A DNA stretch of 64,000 bases from Amoebophrya sp. A120 (taxonomy: Eukaryota > Protista > Dinoflagellata), in assembly GCA_905178155.1 (NCBI GenBank), contig CAJINV010000002.1:11262634-11326633 (forward strand), given 5' to 3'. Numbering within the stretch: position 1 is the stretch's first letter; each line of letters opens with the position of its first letter. Both the position numbers and the translations under genes were made by a program. Below are positions 11,569 to 24,400 of the stretch, piece after piece. The notes beneath the pieces are model-generated. The model was not told the DNA's origin. It saw nothing but the letters and a program-made list of their open reading frames with translations, and made no database searches.

Positions 11569-13504
11569 CTATGCTGTTTTTTGACTCGTTTTGTGTGGCG
11601 TTCTTTGACTCGTTTTGTGTGGTGTTCTTTCTATTGTTTTTCGATGTGTTCGCGAACCCGTTCCCCCACTCACTCTGTGTGCAGTTCGTCACGAAGTGAC
11701 AAACTGCGCGCAGAATGCTGGCAACGGAGCGCAGAATATGCGCAGAACCTCGCGAATGACGCGCAGAAGATGCTTTGCGGCGCGAATGGTCGCTTTCGCA
11801 CGAGTTGCGACCTTCTGCGAGCGAAATGGGGCTCGAAATGAGCTGGCGGCGCCACTGTATGTTGGCGCTGACTCTGAAGGTCTCTGCGACTAAAATAAAA
11901 ACCAACAAGAAAAATCCCTCTCCCCCATCCCCACGGGAAATCCGTGTAGGGCTTGGGATGTTCCGTGAAGGATGTGTGAAGCAGGTAGACGCCAACCAGC
12001 GACACAAGCCTCCCAGCTTCGGCGCCCACACTGGGCCCTGTCTGGGCCCACGCTTAAGGTGGGCAAAGAAAAATTTGATTTTTGAAAGCGAAAGCATTTT
12101 TCATCGTTTCAAGAAAAATCCCTATCCCCCATCTCCAGGAGCGCTCGAGCTCGTGCACGCAAGTATGAACGGAGAACGAAACCAAAACGAACCATTTTGA
12201 GCCTGTCTAACTGTCACATTTACCGTCTAAATGTGGCATTTAGATGGCGCACCGTCGCGCGACAGTTCCCCGGCAGTGCCAACGGTGCCCAGATTGGCGG
12301 CACGCGCGCGCAACATCCCAGCGCGACATCGATGGGCGCAAGGCGTCAAATTGGGCTGCGAAAGCCTGCCATCCGCCTTCTCCGATGCGCTGCAAGCCGG
12401 GACTCCGAGCGCAAAACGGAGGCGCATCGGCGGATCAGTCTCTCTGCAGACTCAAGCAACAAGAGGGCGGGCGGCGCGGCAAATGTAGCGAAGGCTAAAC
12501 GGGGATCAACTCCGAAAGAGCACGCCCTATCAACTCCGAAAGAGCACGCGCCGATTTGGTGGCGGCACTTCGCGCGCCGCCACGCTTCATGTTTTCCGTT
12601 CAGTTCCTGCCGGGTTGCATGGGTGGGTGGCAAGCTCGCGGGAGGCTTTGAAGACTTCTGAAAAATTTTTGGGAACTTTGGACGACAGAGGGGTTGCGGT
12701 GCCGGGAATTTTTTCAAAAAGTCCCTTCACCCTCTCACCCGCGTTCTATTTGTCTCAAAAAGTTTCCACGCCCCCAACCGCGCTGGTTCCCGCGCAAAAT
12801 TGTTTTCCCGATTTTCTCCTTTTTGCGCCGCCATCGATCGCCCACGCCCACGGCCGCGCCGCCCCATCAATGTGAAAGGCGGAAAACAATCGCAAACCAC
12901 TGCGCCCCAACATCCATCCAGACTACGCGCCCCAATGCGAATACACATGCCCGGTCGCTGTAGTTTGAAAGGGCCACGGGGGCCAGGCGCCCGCGCGCCG
13001 AGCGACCGGCCAGCCCCCGCTTTCCTCCTCAAGAAAAATCCCTATCCCCCATCCCCACGGGAAATCCGTGTATCAGGAGCGCTCGAGCTCGTGCACGCAA
13101 GGGAGTCGACGATTAGTACGTGTACGACCTCACTACATACTAGGACGTGACTCATATACTTAACAAGGGAACAGCGCATGTAGATCCTAAGTCTGGGTCG
13201 TGGGCCTCTGGCGTGACTGACCTGCTCGGCATGACATGACGCCGGACTTCGGTCGTTTCTGTAGGACAACCGGAGGGGCAGCAAATGACTTACGTCGATG
13301 AGACTAGTGCTCGTTTTCGTGAGATCAGCAGCAGTTTTTCTAGCTTGCTATACAAGGAGCGACGTTAGCATGGAAATTCTTCCGCACGTAGCTCCGCCTC
13401 CATTGCCGAGGTCCTGTCGACGTCGTCAGTCGTCCTCTTAAAATTGCGATGCACATGCCAAACTGACGGAAGGCCACAGAAGGCGGACCGCGCACGCGCC
13501 GCAT

Positions 13505-16144
13505 TTATTTTGTGTTGGTGTGCGACCTGTTGAAACTGAAATTGTACGAAAGTGAGGAGATCGAAACAATGCTTGCACTAGCTTCAATCGGCGCGATGGC
13601 GTCTACGGATTTCCGCTCGTTCATTTCTACCGGGACGAGGGCAGCTTTTTCATTCTGATACTTCACCATGGTTCCCCAGGGATAGGTGTCGATATCCGTG
13701 GAGTCACTTGCTGCCGCCGGCACGTGCCGCGTGTCGCCATCGTCGAGTTGGAAGGTTGTTCCCGTGGTATTTGCCGGATCCTCATCCGCATCGCTGTCAA
13801 AGTAAGCTCTCAGCTGGCTCAGGCGAATTGGGTTCTCCCGGTGATTCAGCAAACGAATTTGGTCTACGTAGTGTTTTTCCCCGTCAGCAAACTGGAACTG
13901 CCAGAAGTTTTTCCCACTACCAGCAACAGAGTTCATCGTTTGCGACACACGGTAAGGGTACATTCCAAGAACGGTCGCAAGCGCCGCGTCCGCGGCATAG
14001 TTCTGGTTGATTCTCGTTGTGAAATCAACTTCGTTCCACGTGGAGCTTATGGGAGTTTCAGGTGCGATGAAATTATGTACTCGTGAAATAGCACGAAAGA
14101 ATAAAAGATCACGCAGCTTCCAAACTGCACTTTGCTCGATAGGACAAGCTGAGTCATCGTGAGCCCGCTTTGATCTTTCCGCAAAGATTTCGAGTTGCCT
14201 TTCCTTTTCTACGGTGGTTTTCAATTCATGCATGGACATCAGCATGATCCATTTCCATGTGCAGATTTGCAGCTTTTCAGCACTCTGGCGCTTTGTTTTC
14301 CACCTGGCACCTCCATACAGCTCTGCGTGGCGACCAGCTGGGTCCCTGGGTACTTTCGCATCACTCCGAACAAAAATATGCCGCAGATGCTCAAAGGATA
14401 ATCCGCGGCGTTCCCGTACTTTTTCAGTGTGATCTTGTTCAGGACGCGGCCAATCTTTACTACAGTACCCCCGGTAGTGAATATGCTCGTTCCCGCGTGA
14501 GCCGGCATAGAAGAAATTTCGCCGATGTTAGTACCACTGATTTCGCTATCGATCAGCATAGTGGCTCCGTTTAGACCCGCCTCCTTCCCTTCTTCATTGA
14601 ATAGCCGAATCGAGGAAACGTAGCGACTACTGTCGTCCTTAAAAGATATTTCCCATTTTTGAGCATCGTGGTCGGCCGAGACCGATCCACCTGGCGCACT
14701 ACAGGTATTGTCGGCTGTGTTCAGGCGCTTCGCCCTCGTTGTGTAAGTACCTTTTCGATGGTAGCAACCGCTCGATCAAATCAAAATACTTCGAGATTAC
14801 ATTTCTTTGCATACTGAGAAAAAAAATCTTACCATAGTTGTCATCCCAGAGGTTGCCGTAAGTGAGCGGCTTTCCAGAAGTGCTGTAGCTATCTTTATCG
14901 CCGTCGCTTTGATCCGTGTTGAAGAGATCCGGATCCAGTGGCACTTCGACCTCGATTGCCTCTACGAGTGGGGTTTGGCCAGGGCGGAGGACAGTAACGG
15001 GGTCACGTTGAACGGCCAACGACAAAGCGGTAGCTTTTGCTTTGTTCGTTTTCAGGTCGAACGCGATTTCCTTCGACTTCAGACTGCTTTTTCGCATGAT
15101 ATTCATGACGAACAGCTTTCGGGCAAGCGCGCCTTTCTTTCTTTTTCTACTCCTACTACTCATTATTTTCTTGCTCTTTGAGGCAGTTCTTGCACTTGCA
15201 CCAGCTGCTGCTGCAACGACAGCGTCGGTTTTAGTAGAGATTTCGGCTCCTGCACCGCTCTGGACCTCTTGCTTCGTCATGTCCAATCTCTGACCGCGCT
15301 GCTGCTTCTTCACCATCTTCAAAGCGGACGCTGACTCGTGCTTGGTATGTGGCTGGATCTGGCCCTCCTGTGGCTCTCTTTTCTTGGCTTGCACTGGAGC
15401 CGCAGCGGTTGGAGGTTTTAGGAGATCTTTAAACTTCTGCAAGAAGGAAGCAGTGGTAGAATACTGGGCGGTCTGATCATGACTGCGCCGACCACTGGCT
15501 TCCGGACCCACAGGCGGGATCTTTTCGCCTGTGCGGGAGCCCAGCATTGGGCGCTCACTACGAATCCGGGAGGGACGAACAGAATCATGAACACTCCAAA
15601 CGCTCGCGTTTGCGTCAGATACAACTATCGTGGTAGCAAAAACGAGTGCCGTCGTGAAGACGCGTCTGGCCGCACGATGAAGCTGCAGACTATCATGCAG
15701 CGGTGGCTCGTTGACGAGACCTGCAAAGTCTTTGGTTCCCCAATTGTTGGCGTCACGACGCGTTCTCCTCCTCGCTGCAGAAGGACGTCCACCTCCGATC
15801 TGCTTTGCCGGCTTACCAGCTGCATCCGGTAGCTGCCTCCGTCGACAGGCGGCACAGCTTCCACGGCCCCCAGATGGATAGAGCAACAGCATAGAGCTGG
15901 CGTCAGTGGGAGTCCTTCGCACAGCCGCTTGGGCCTGCTGTCGCCGCGCCGGAGCCGCAGTGGCCGTCGGGTCGAACGATGTCCTTCCTACGTGACACCC
16001 AGTTTTGGTCTCGACGTCGGGCCACGCGTCTTTACTGTCGAAGTCGCCCTTGCGGCGACCGCGACGCCCTCCACAGGTAACTGCATAGCCCTGTGCCGGA
16101 TCCTGGGTCGCCTGCGGCTTGGCCATGGCCCCACCATCTTGCAT
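13505..16144 (-). CDS. Protein with hydrophobic signal/TM segment, Lys/Ala-rich linker and two F5/8C-like domains, paralog B
   Basis: RRVFTTALVFATTIVVSDANA; KWEISFKDDSSRYVSSIRLFN..LNGATMLID..ICGIFLFG; FWQFQFADGEKHYVDQIRL. A canonical GT-AG intron at 14751-14832 gives YG-TYTTRAKRLNTADNTCSAPG. Confidence 0.75.
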
Positions 16145-17141
16145 ACCGTGACGGTGTTGACCACTTCTTTCCTTCCATCAAGAAGCACAACGGCGAACCG
16201 TGCGGGAAGAAGAGCTGCAACGACCTAATCTGCTGCTTTAAATAAGTTTGTTGTTGTGTTGAACTACAAGGTGGAGCCGGAAGATGACATCAACAAACCG
16301 GGCCCGAACGCCTGATGAAATCTGCAGAAATTCAAAACCAGCATAAAATGGCTGCGCATACGGACAACCAGAGCTAATAGCAGAAACACACAGAAGTAGA
16401 CGCAGGTGGTTGCAGTTTCTCGAGGAGGGTCTGAGTCGCTAAAAAGATTCTACACGGCTTCTACTAGCCGAAAATGCAGAAAACCGATACGATTGACAGA
16501 CCACTTGGACGTGTGGCGAGCAGCGCAACACGCCAAGCTGTCCCCCTGGTTTTCCTTTTCCAAGAGTTCCCTATCATGGATTTGGTCCATGTGTCATTTT
16601 CTGTAATAGCTTTACCTTGAGCTGCCAATGCTTACTACATGGTCGTCGCCGGGGGCGATGTAAATGTGAATTTATTGGTGCGTTACTGCTTCATCTTTCT
16701 CCGACCTTCTGAAGACCAACATTTGTTTCTGTCAAAACAAGCTCGTCAAGAGCGTGCTCATGTTCTTCTTCACGGATATTCCTCGTATTCTGATGAATTG
16801 CAATTGTTCTTATTTCATGTACACTTGATTCTTGAAATCAAGAAGAAGTGCGAAACTCAACCTTTATTCTCAAGCAACCCTTAGAACGTGAGCGAAAGCG
16901 AAACGGCAACCGTCGATTTGCGCATTTCTTGTACTAGTACTATCATGTGTGGATTCATCTTACTTACGCCACTGTAATTACAGAAGCGCCGTCAGGACAG
17001 TAGTTGTCCGTGTTATCACCTTCAAAACCACCAGCACCAGAGCCTGCCGCAATTCGAAAGTCTTGTCTCGTTGGTGGGTGGATGTTGACCAAGTGCTCGT
17101 AGCTGCGCCCCCAACAAGCATGGTCAGCTCTAGTTTTCCCC

Positions 17142-20015
17142 TTACGTCTCGCAGTCGACGGTAATCAATCCTGTGCAAAAAAATTGTATCGGAAACGTTC
17201 GTGGTGCGAACGAAATTCCATGAAAACAAATAGGTAGTGTAGTTGGGAAGCTACATGCACATGAATCAAGAATTCTGGTCTTCCTTGCTCTTCGCCTCTT
17301 TACAACTAACACTATCATGGGTACAAGCCTCTCGCTCTCGTATGATGATGATTCTTCTCGCTGAAGAAATAATAAAGGCTTCCTATAATAGATGAATACC
17401 ATCATGCTTGAGTATTCTAATGGAACTGCTGGCGTCATCAAAGGCCTAATTGAGGTAGTTCGGCACTCGTTCGCGATACTTCAACTTCTCTTGCAATGCA
17501 TATAATCACGGTCCGTTTCGTGTCATCCGGACAACTGGCCATAGCCTTTTGGCAAGCATTGCAGACGTGCCCCACAGTGCACGCCTGAATGGCCACGTCA
17601 AACTCCTTGCAGATGACAAATCGGTGCGTGACTATCCAAGAAAAAGGTCTGCGTACTGAATCTAAATCTATGCACTGTCAACACCCTTTAATTATTTTTG
17701 CGTGCCGTACAATTTTTTTCCACACATCTTCACATGTGCATTGGGCATGAACAGATCCATGTTAAGGAGGCGAATAACATAAAAATCGTAGCTCTGTGCC
17801 TGCGCAAATCATGGCGCATGATGAAGGTGCGCTATGTTGTATCCTTGGATTAGGGTTAGGATATAAATCCTTGGATGACAAGTGGTGATGAAGAACAGAG
17901 CGTCTTCTTGCTGATCAACAAACAAAGCGCCTACTTGCTGCTCCTCTTCATCAGAAGTGCACAGTTACATCACTCGAGCAGGACTTTTTCTCCCCGATAG
18001 TGACTGGCAGGTCCGCCTGGCTCGGGGGTACTCCCGGAAGTGCGGGCACCGGGCCATTCCGTTCGAAGTGCAAGAAGCCACGGAAGGGCTCCTCGTTCGC
18101 TCCGCTTCCGGTGGTCAGCTGTATGGATCAGACAAAAACAGTAGCATAGAAAATGTCAGCTTCGTTTCACTTTCGTATGTGACCGCTGGTTTGCGAAAAA
18201 TCTTTATGATCTTCTAAGCAAGAATCCCAGCGGCCTCGTCGTAGCTACACCGTGCGAGCAGTACAAGCGGGATCGTGTTGCGCGTAGGCACACGCTTCTC
18301 TGTCTCGCGGCTAGAACCTATTTTTATACGAAGAAGAACATCCCCTCACGCAGGAAGTCATACAATGTGCAGAAACCTCCTTCTCGTTACGTAAAGAAGA
18401 CTTCTTCAGCAAGACCAGCACGACCACATGCACAATCGGTTCTCGCGTGACAACGAAAGGAGCAATTCTATGCTGCAGAAAAGGGGCTATGTGTGATACT
18501 CTGGTCGCAGATCCAGCGCACGTCTGCCGTCATGTCGAAAGTGATCGCTTGATCAAGTGCAAATGTGTCTGGGTCGAGAAAATGAGTGAGGCGCATTTCC
18601 GTCAGATGCTGCGCAGCCAGGGAACCGCCAGACAAAGCAAAAGAACTGTTCTAATTGAATGCGCTCGGTGAAAAATCCACATGTGTGTTCAAGATGCATG
18701 TAAGTAGCCGACGATCCCGGCGATCATATCAGTTTCAGTGTGGGTATGCTTATGCGGCGCGCAATAAATAAGTACTCGACTTTCTCCTGCTGCGCGCGTC
18801 GCGAAATCAGGACTTTACTACGCGCGACGTCTTTTCGGTCACCACTGAGGCTGTCCCAGGCAACACATTTGCGTTCGTTACTTGTCCTCTGGCGCCGTCG
18901 AGCCACACTTTGAGTCAGCTTTAAACACCTGCGCATTGTTCCTACTAAACGCGTATTGCCTGCAAAAGATCTTTCGCGTGCGTACGTATTTTCGGGCACA
19001 AACTCAGTTTGCTTCTAATGAGCACGAGTACATGACTCGCTTCGGTATCATGGACAATTCAGAATGGCCCTGTGAAAGTGAGCGAACGCACTATCACTTT
19101 TGCGAAGCGTAACGCAAGCTGCTCCTCGGAAAACGCATTGAGTTGCTCGGCGGAAAGCTGTATGGATTGCAAAAGCGCGAGTGCCGCACTCGCCGTGCAG
19201 CTACAAATTGCAATCAAACTTTTGCGCGAGACCGACAGATCGTCAACATCCCGTCTCACTGTCAACATGTACTTACATTATTTCGTGCTTTTATAGAAAG
19301 AGTAAGAGACAGCATCCGAGTGAGAATGGGTTATGCAAATTTTACTGATGCGTCGAATGCGAAACTCCGTTTTTCTTTTTCGGTGGATATGCTGGGCCCG
19401 AGCCGTTCGCGCTTTTTTGGAAACACTCGCCGACACTGTGCTCATCTCGTTCAGCTTCGTGTGATGCTTCGCTATACCGTTGCTGGCAGTCACCTTGTTG
19501 TCGGTTTTTGTTCCTGCAACAGACTTTCCAGATGAGTCAGCGGCTTCTTTTCCGCGCCCCGCAGACGTGGAGGTGGATGCTCTAGTGGCCTTATTCAGCA
19601 AGAGCGACTTGAACAGCGGGGCGGTCGCTAGGGGGTTCAGCGTCAGCTCTCGTTTGACAGAAGTACGACCAGCGGGTGACAACGTGCGCCAATTCGGACT
19701 CTTTGCTTTCCGTAGATCTCCGCCGAAGTTCCTGCTGCGTGTGCCGTGTTCCGTGTCGTGCTCGCCCTCGTGCGGAGGAATTTCGTCCATCCGCCGAACG
19801 TGCGCTATCGCTGAGGCGGTACTGCTCCTCGAGGGCCTGTTGTGTCTTCGCGCAGAACCGGGACCCATTGCCTTTCCTGTCACCGGCCCCGCGGTTGCAT
19901 CTTCTTCCGCACCAGTCGCAACGGAATTATGAACTGCGGATGACACCAGTAGATTGCAAGTAGCTATAATCTGTACCCACAGGCACAACCAGGCGCGGCT
20001 TCCCGATGGACTCAT
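17142..20015 (-). CDS. Secreted protein with C-terminal unrecognised Cys-rich domain (paralog 2 of 4), at least 7 exons
   Basis: Signal-like MSPSGSRAWLCLWVQIIATCNLLVSSA. Reconstructed exons: TADVRWICDQ-MTTGSGANEEPFRGFLHF...PVT-HRFVICKEFDVAIQACTVGHVCNACQKAMASCPDDTKRTVI-TVDCET*. Mostly missing from the ORF track because the exons are short. Confidence 0.85.
17167..17502. mobile_element. Introner, family A-like (336 bp), TSD TAATC
   Basis: AATCCTGTGCAAAA...TTGCAATGCATA; TAATC at 17162-17166 and 17503-17507; join gives TVITVDCET*. Confidence 0.85.
17633..17999. mobile_element. Introner, family B-like (367 bp), TSD GTGAC
   Basis: TATCCAAGAAAAAGGTCTGC vs opposite end (revcomp) TATCGGGGAGAAAAAGTCCTGC; join PVT-HRFVICKE matches paralog PVVNYRFVECKE. 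Confidence 0.85.
18122..18498. mobile_element. Old introner (377 bp), decayed TSD
   Basis: TAT...ATA termini; sense flanks CAGAG / CAGCT; element+5 removal joins WICDQ to xTTGSG. Confidence 0.8.
18954..19111. mobile_element. Diverged family A introner (158 bp), TSD ACGCG/ACGCA
   Basis: TATTGCCTGCAAAAG...CTTTTGCGAAGCGTA; in-frame join EQLA-FSRNNAQVFK. Confidence 0.75.
19161..19389. mobile_element. Diverged family A introner (229 bp), TSD AGCTG/TGCTG
   Basis: TATGGATTGCAAAAG...CTTTTTCGGTGGATA; in-frame join ARAQ-LSAEQLN. Confidence 0.7.
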
Positions 20016-21479
20016 CGTGAAGGGGCCCTGCGTGGGGATGAGCAAGGTGTTACTTCTTGCAGCTACCCAATGAGGTGGAGGGGGACGAGAAGGACGTCGC
20101 TATGCAAGCCACTGTGTTGACTCTCCTTTCGTGTAGTTCCGATGTAGACCATGAGGATGAAAAAGAGCGGAAGGAGCCGTACCCATTTCCGGTGTCTTCC
20201 TTGGTCTCGCACTCGGGCGGACCGAAGACAAAAAGTTTTTCTATTCTTGTGTTGACGATCCTTGTAGTCGTTCGAATAGAATTTGCATCACTCTAATGCA
20301 CGAGAAGCAGAACCGTTATTTCGCAATTGCTCATTACGCTTCTTTCGCAAACCGGTTCCAAATGAGGGGGTTCTTCGAGAAACGAAGAAGTCATGATCAT
20401 CATGCAAGAAGTAATTATGACCAACTGTGTGTACTACTTCACATACACATTCAAGTGACCTCCTCCACATAATACGCACCGTAGTGGCACGGGGGTAATC
20501 GTACTTCAGCTGCGCGGAAGGCAGTTCTGTTGTCGCACCCCATCGCACTCTCCTCGCAATGGTGAAGACCGCATATCGCTTTTGTTTTGACTGCTTATGC
20601 TTTCATTTTAGTTCAGCCCTGAGATCACGATCGGGACATCTAACTGCGTCTTCGAAAGAAAAAACGAAGACTGATGGCCAACCCGTTACCTGTTTGCTCG
20701 CCTGGCGATTGTCAAGCTGTTTGCTTTGCCCCCGTCGCTCCAGTTTATAATTGCCGGGCGATCTCGCTCGGACGCATCAAAACTGTGCTTTCACCCGAAT
20801 ACCCGGGCAGCGCAAGAAATCAAAAATACTCACACGAGTCACCCGGAACCTTGCGCCAACGCGAATACTGACACTGCAATGCAGAATCTAAAAAATGGAA
20901 GTCTAGACAGACACTGGCGTAACCGGAGCGACCTGGTACTATTTATACAGAGTGTTAATGTCTTTGCAGCATTTTCTTCATTGTACAGTTTTTTTCGTGC
21001 AGTTGGATGCAGCGATTTTTATTTCCTTTTTGCATTGTATGTAATCAATATAATGCTGCGTGCTTACTTCATTATCATCATTTATGGCTGTAATTTGCAC
21101 AGATTCTTTGAAATAAGATCGCGATGCTATCCCCAACCCTCGTTTTCAAAAAAATCAACCAGGCCCCGCTGTTTCTTCCTATTCTTGGAATGTTATTCGA
21201 AACGCGGGCGACTCTACATTTTGTCTTTATCTGAATCGAAATATTGAACCTTACCTCCCATTTTCTCACACATAATGAGAAACAGCCGACACATAGAGAA
21301 GCCAACATAAAGTAAAATTTATAAGTAAATGCGTGCTATCTTCATCAATAGCGAAGTTTACGACTAAGATTGCGTTAGTAACTATAGCGAAGTTTACGCC
21401 TAAGATGCTCGAAGATTACGATGCAACTCGTACCGGTGCCATCGTATCCTGTCGCTGTGGTGCGCCGTACCTTGTGCAA

Positions 21480-24400
21480 CTATCGTGTTGCGACTTCACA
21501 ATTGACCACGTCGATCACTTGTAGGAGCGGAAGCTTGGGCCGCCTCTCGTCTTCCGCTTCCTGGGTTTTGAAATCGATCACCTGCGTGGCATTGTATACC
21601 GACACGCCGGCGTTCTGCCTTTTGCCCCTGGTGCACCGGGAAGTGGCCTTCACGCACGCCGAACAGAAGTACCCGACGGTGCAATGCCGCACCTCCACAT
21701 CAGAAAGCTCTTCCTTGCAGGCGAGGAAATTATGTGTGACCTGGACTCATCGAGTGCAAATTACATCATGACCGGGTGGTCGTCTGCCAATAGAGTGCAC
21801 AACGTTATGGTGCAGCGTCTACACCACCACGGGCTCAATAATTGTGTATCTCGTCTTCACTGGACGACGATGACGTTGACGATGATGACGATCAATACTT
21901 ATGAAGTTGCGCAGTGCAAGTTTTTAAAATACTTACGCTTTTTTGTGTACAGCTGTGTCACAGGTCCGAACCCTTTTCACTATTCCGAGGGAGGGTTCGG
22001 TCAACATTTTCAAAAAACCAAAGGAAACCAATACGTATTCGAATTCGTCGCTACTACAGCTATTTATTTTTATTTTCATCCTGCATGACGAGGAAGTGAG
22101 TGCCCCCGCACCCGGTCCATGTGAAGGTTTTTTGCCTTCGTTCTCGTGCACAGCAGCAGCACCCGGAGATGTTTACAATTTTCACTTCGTATGTCACTTG
22201 CGTCGATATTGTACGGAGACGGAAACCCCGACGCGCCCAACCCAACGCCCTTCTTGTACACGAGGACCCCGCGCGTGCGGTTCACCCCAACGGTCACTTG
22301 GTCACAGATCCACTGGACATCTGCAAAAGAAAACGGCGCGCGGTTTTGTAGGCCCTCGAGCTCCGTGCCGTTCGCTTCCACGTATTTCGTTTTGAACGTC
22401 ACCGCGTCGCCCGCTGTGCAATTCCTGGTCTTGGTGCGCACGTACGGAATTACGGCAGCCCGGCAGGGGCGCGTCATCTGCACGTAGTCGGCTGTAGTGA
22501 CTGACTCCCACGCCGTATCCAAGAAAAAAACGCTGTTAGTGTAAATTGGTGATGCGCAACATGCAAAGTGATTGCGTCTGTCATGCTTGGCATGCATTGT
22601 AGGTCCCATTACAGGGCGTTTTCGCATACTATCTGCGCATGACAGGTTTTTGCTGTCATGCCACACAGATTTGTGATGCTGTTCCTCCAAAAGAGTTACA
22701 CCTACAGCGTTTTTTTCTTGGATACGCCGAATCTCCGGATGCGGGGTGCTCCGACTTCAGCTCGCAGGTAATGCCAGTGCTGTTGTACTTCTGAAACACG
22801 AATCCAGTGCACGCCATGCTCCGTGCGCACAATTCCCGGCATTCTTCGAATGTCTTGCTCTCCGCGACGTCTTCAAGCGTGTTTCCTGTCAGCTGCTTGT
22901 TGCCTTCTCGTATCAAATGTAAAATCTGTATCTGAAACTGAATATTTGATGTCGCGCTCTGGAAAGTAACATCAACATCAAGCGCGGGCGCTTCATTTGC
23001 AATGCACATCTTGGTTGTGTTACGTAAATTAGCAGACGTATCACAAATTCAGACTCAGACATCGACATGCACTGCAATGCATATCTCGTGCGCAGAGTCC
23101 ATTGATGTTGTTCGCGGGGTAGTAGGACTGGGGGAATCCCTATCCAAGAAAAAAATGCGTATAGACTAGTGGAAAAATAACCTGCTGCAATGCAGAACAT
23201 ACAACCGACACACAGCCATTGCGCTGATGTTAGTGAAATACTTTTAGGTGGTCAAGTCATCACGAGCGATCATGACTAACTTTACGCAGGCACCGCTGGT
23301 CCTGGTGCTGGTAGTGATAAAAGTAAATGAGGAGCGCAAGATCTCGCTCCTCCATGGACAAAAAGTCGCCAGATGACTAGTCTTTCTCGTGTTAGTGCGC
23401 AGGCTTCGGAAGTTCTTGTTTTCTGTCATGCGCAAGGAGGATTGCCGCAGAGATGTTCACCTCTAAAGAAGGAGACAATACGCTTCTTTCCCGGGATAAT
23501 TTCGCAAATCGGCAGGCTCGTGTCATTCTGGTGTAGTCCGTCTGCGCCAACGCTACCCTAGTCCCATAATCGTGCACCGCTTTCACCACACAATTGTCTT
23601 CCGTGTCTGCCAGACCGTTCACAAATGAAAAGCCCTCGCAAGTACCCTCTGCCGCGCACCACGCTAGGCATTCGTCGTACGTTTTATGTCCCGGCACCCG
23701 GTCGTCTGGGCCTCCGGCGCCTGGGTTGCCGTCCAGAGCATTGCCTGGGTGGTCATGGTCAACGTCCTTCCCGCAGGCATCGTTGATATCAATCGGCGGG
23801 TAGTACTGCAAAGGCGCCTTTGCGGCTCGACAATCGTCCGTCATGACCGTGTAGTCGGTCCCGTCGTCGTCGCTTACGTCGGTTTCGTTGTGTTGACCTT
23901 TCGCCGCGCAATTGTCTTCTTTGTAGTTTTGTTCTTGTCGCACGTGGACAAATCCCGTGCAATTTATTCCGGTGCAGGACCTTACCGCCAGCGTATCAAA
24001 ATACGGATTATTTGTACTTTATATTTACTTTCGTTTTCACCAAAAAAAAAACCGCAACCGGTCGAGTGTAAACAACAAAACTCTCCGCCCGCCCGGCGCC
24101 TTGGGAGGGGTAGGCACAAAATGCCTTGCTTTCATATGTGTAAATGTTGATACCAACAGTTGTATAGATACCTAGCGTATCAGAGCAGATATTTTCATTA
24201 TCTTTCACAAATTCAGCCGATAATCCTCCTCCGGTAGGCTGTTTTCACAGGGACCGTCCGGGCGGTTGGCTGGACCCTAGCTGCAACACTACATTTTCAT
24301 GTTGAATCATAAATGACCACGAGCACGACTGGTTTTTCATATTATAGCTGGCTAGTCTTTGGTCCTGGAGAGACTACAGCACATGATACCTCCGACAGTC

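Larger units (their letters stand above)
5775..13102. repeat. Non-coding mosaic repeat island with a dispersed ~41-bp motif and nested inverted repeats
   Basis: CAAGAAAAATCCCTCTCCCCCATCCCCACGGGAAATCCGTG or variants at 5814, 6729, 7533, 8926 (partial), 11906, 12110 (partial) and 13030. Duplicated modules 5775-5851/6690-6764 and 8357-8447/11946-12036. No credible protein. Confidence 0.9.

Noticed and set aside
5814-13070. 41-bp hairpin repeats or 24-bp repeats as a CRISPR array
   Set aside because: Spacing is irregular and up to kilobases, or there are no unique spacers; no cas genes; eukaryotic context.
13156-13345. ATACTTAAC...GATCCTAAG resembling a variant U1 snRNA 5' end
   Set aside because: No stem-loop I pairing, no ATTGCAC loop II and no good Sm site; a covariance-model search would be needed.
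17850-17860. TTAGGGTTAGG telomeric repeat
   Set aside because: Fewer than two full units, inside an intron.
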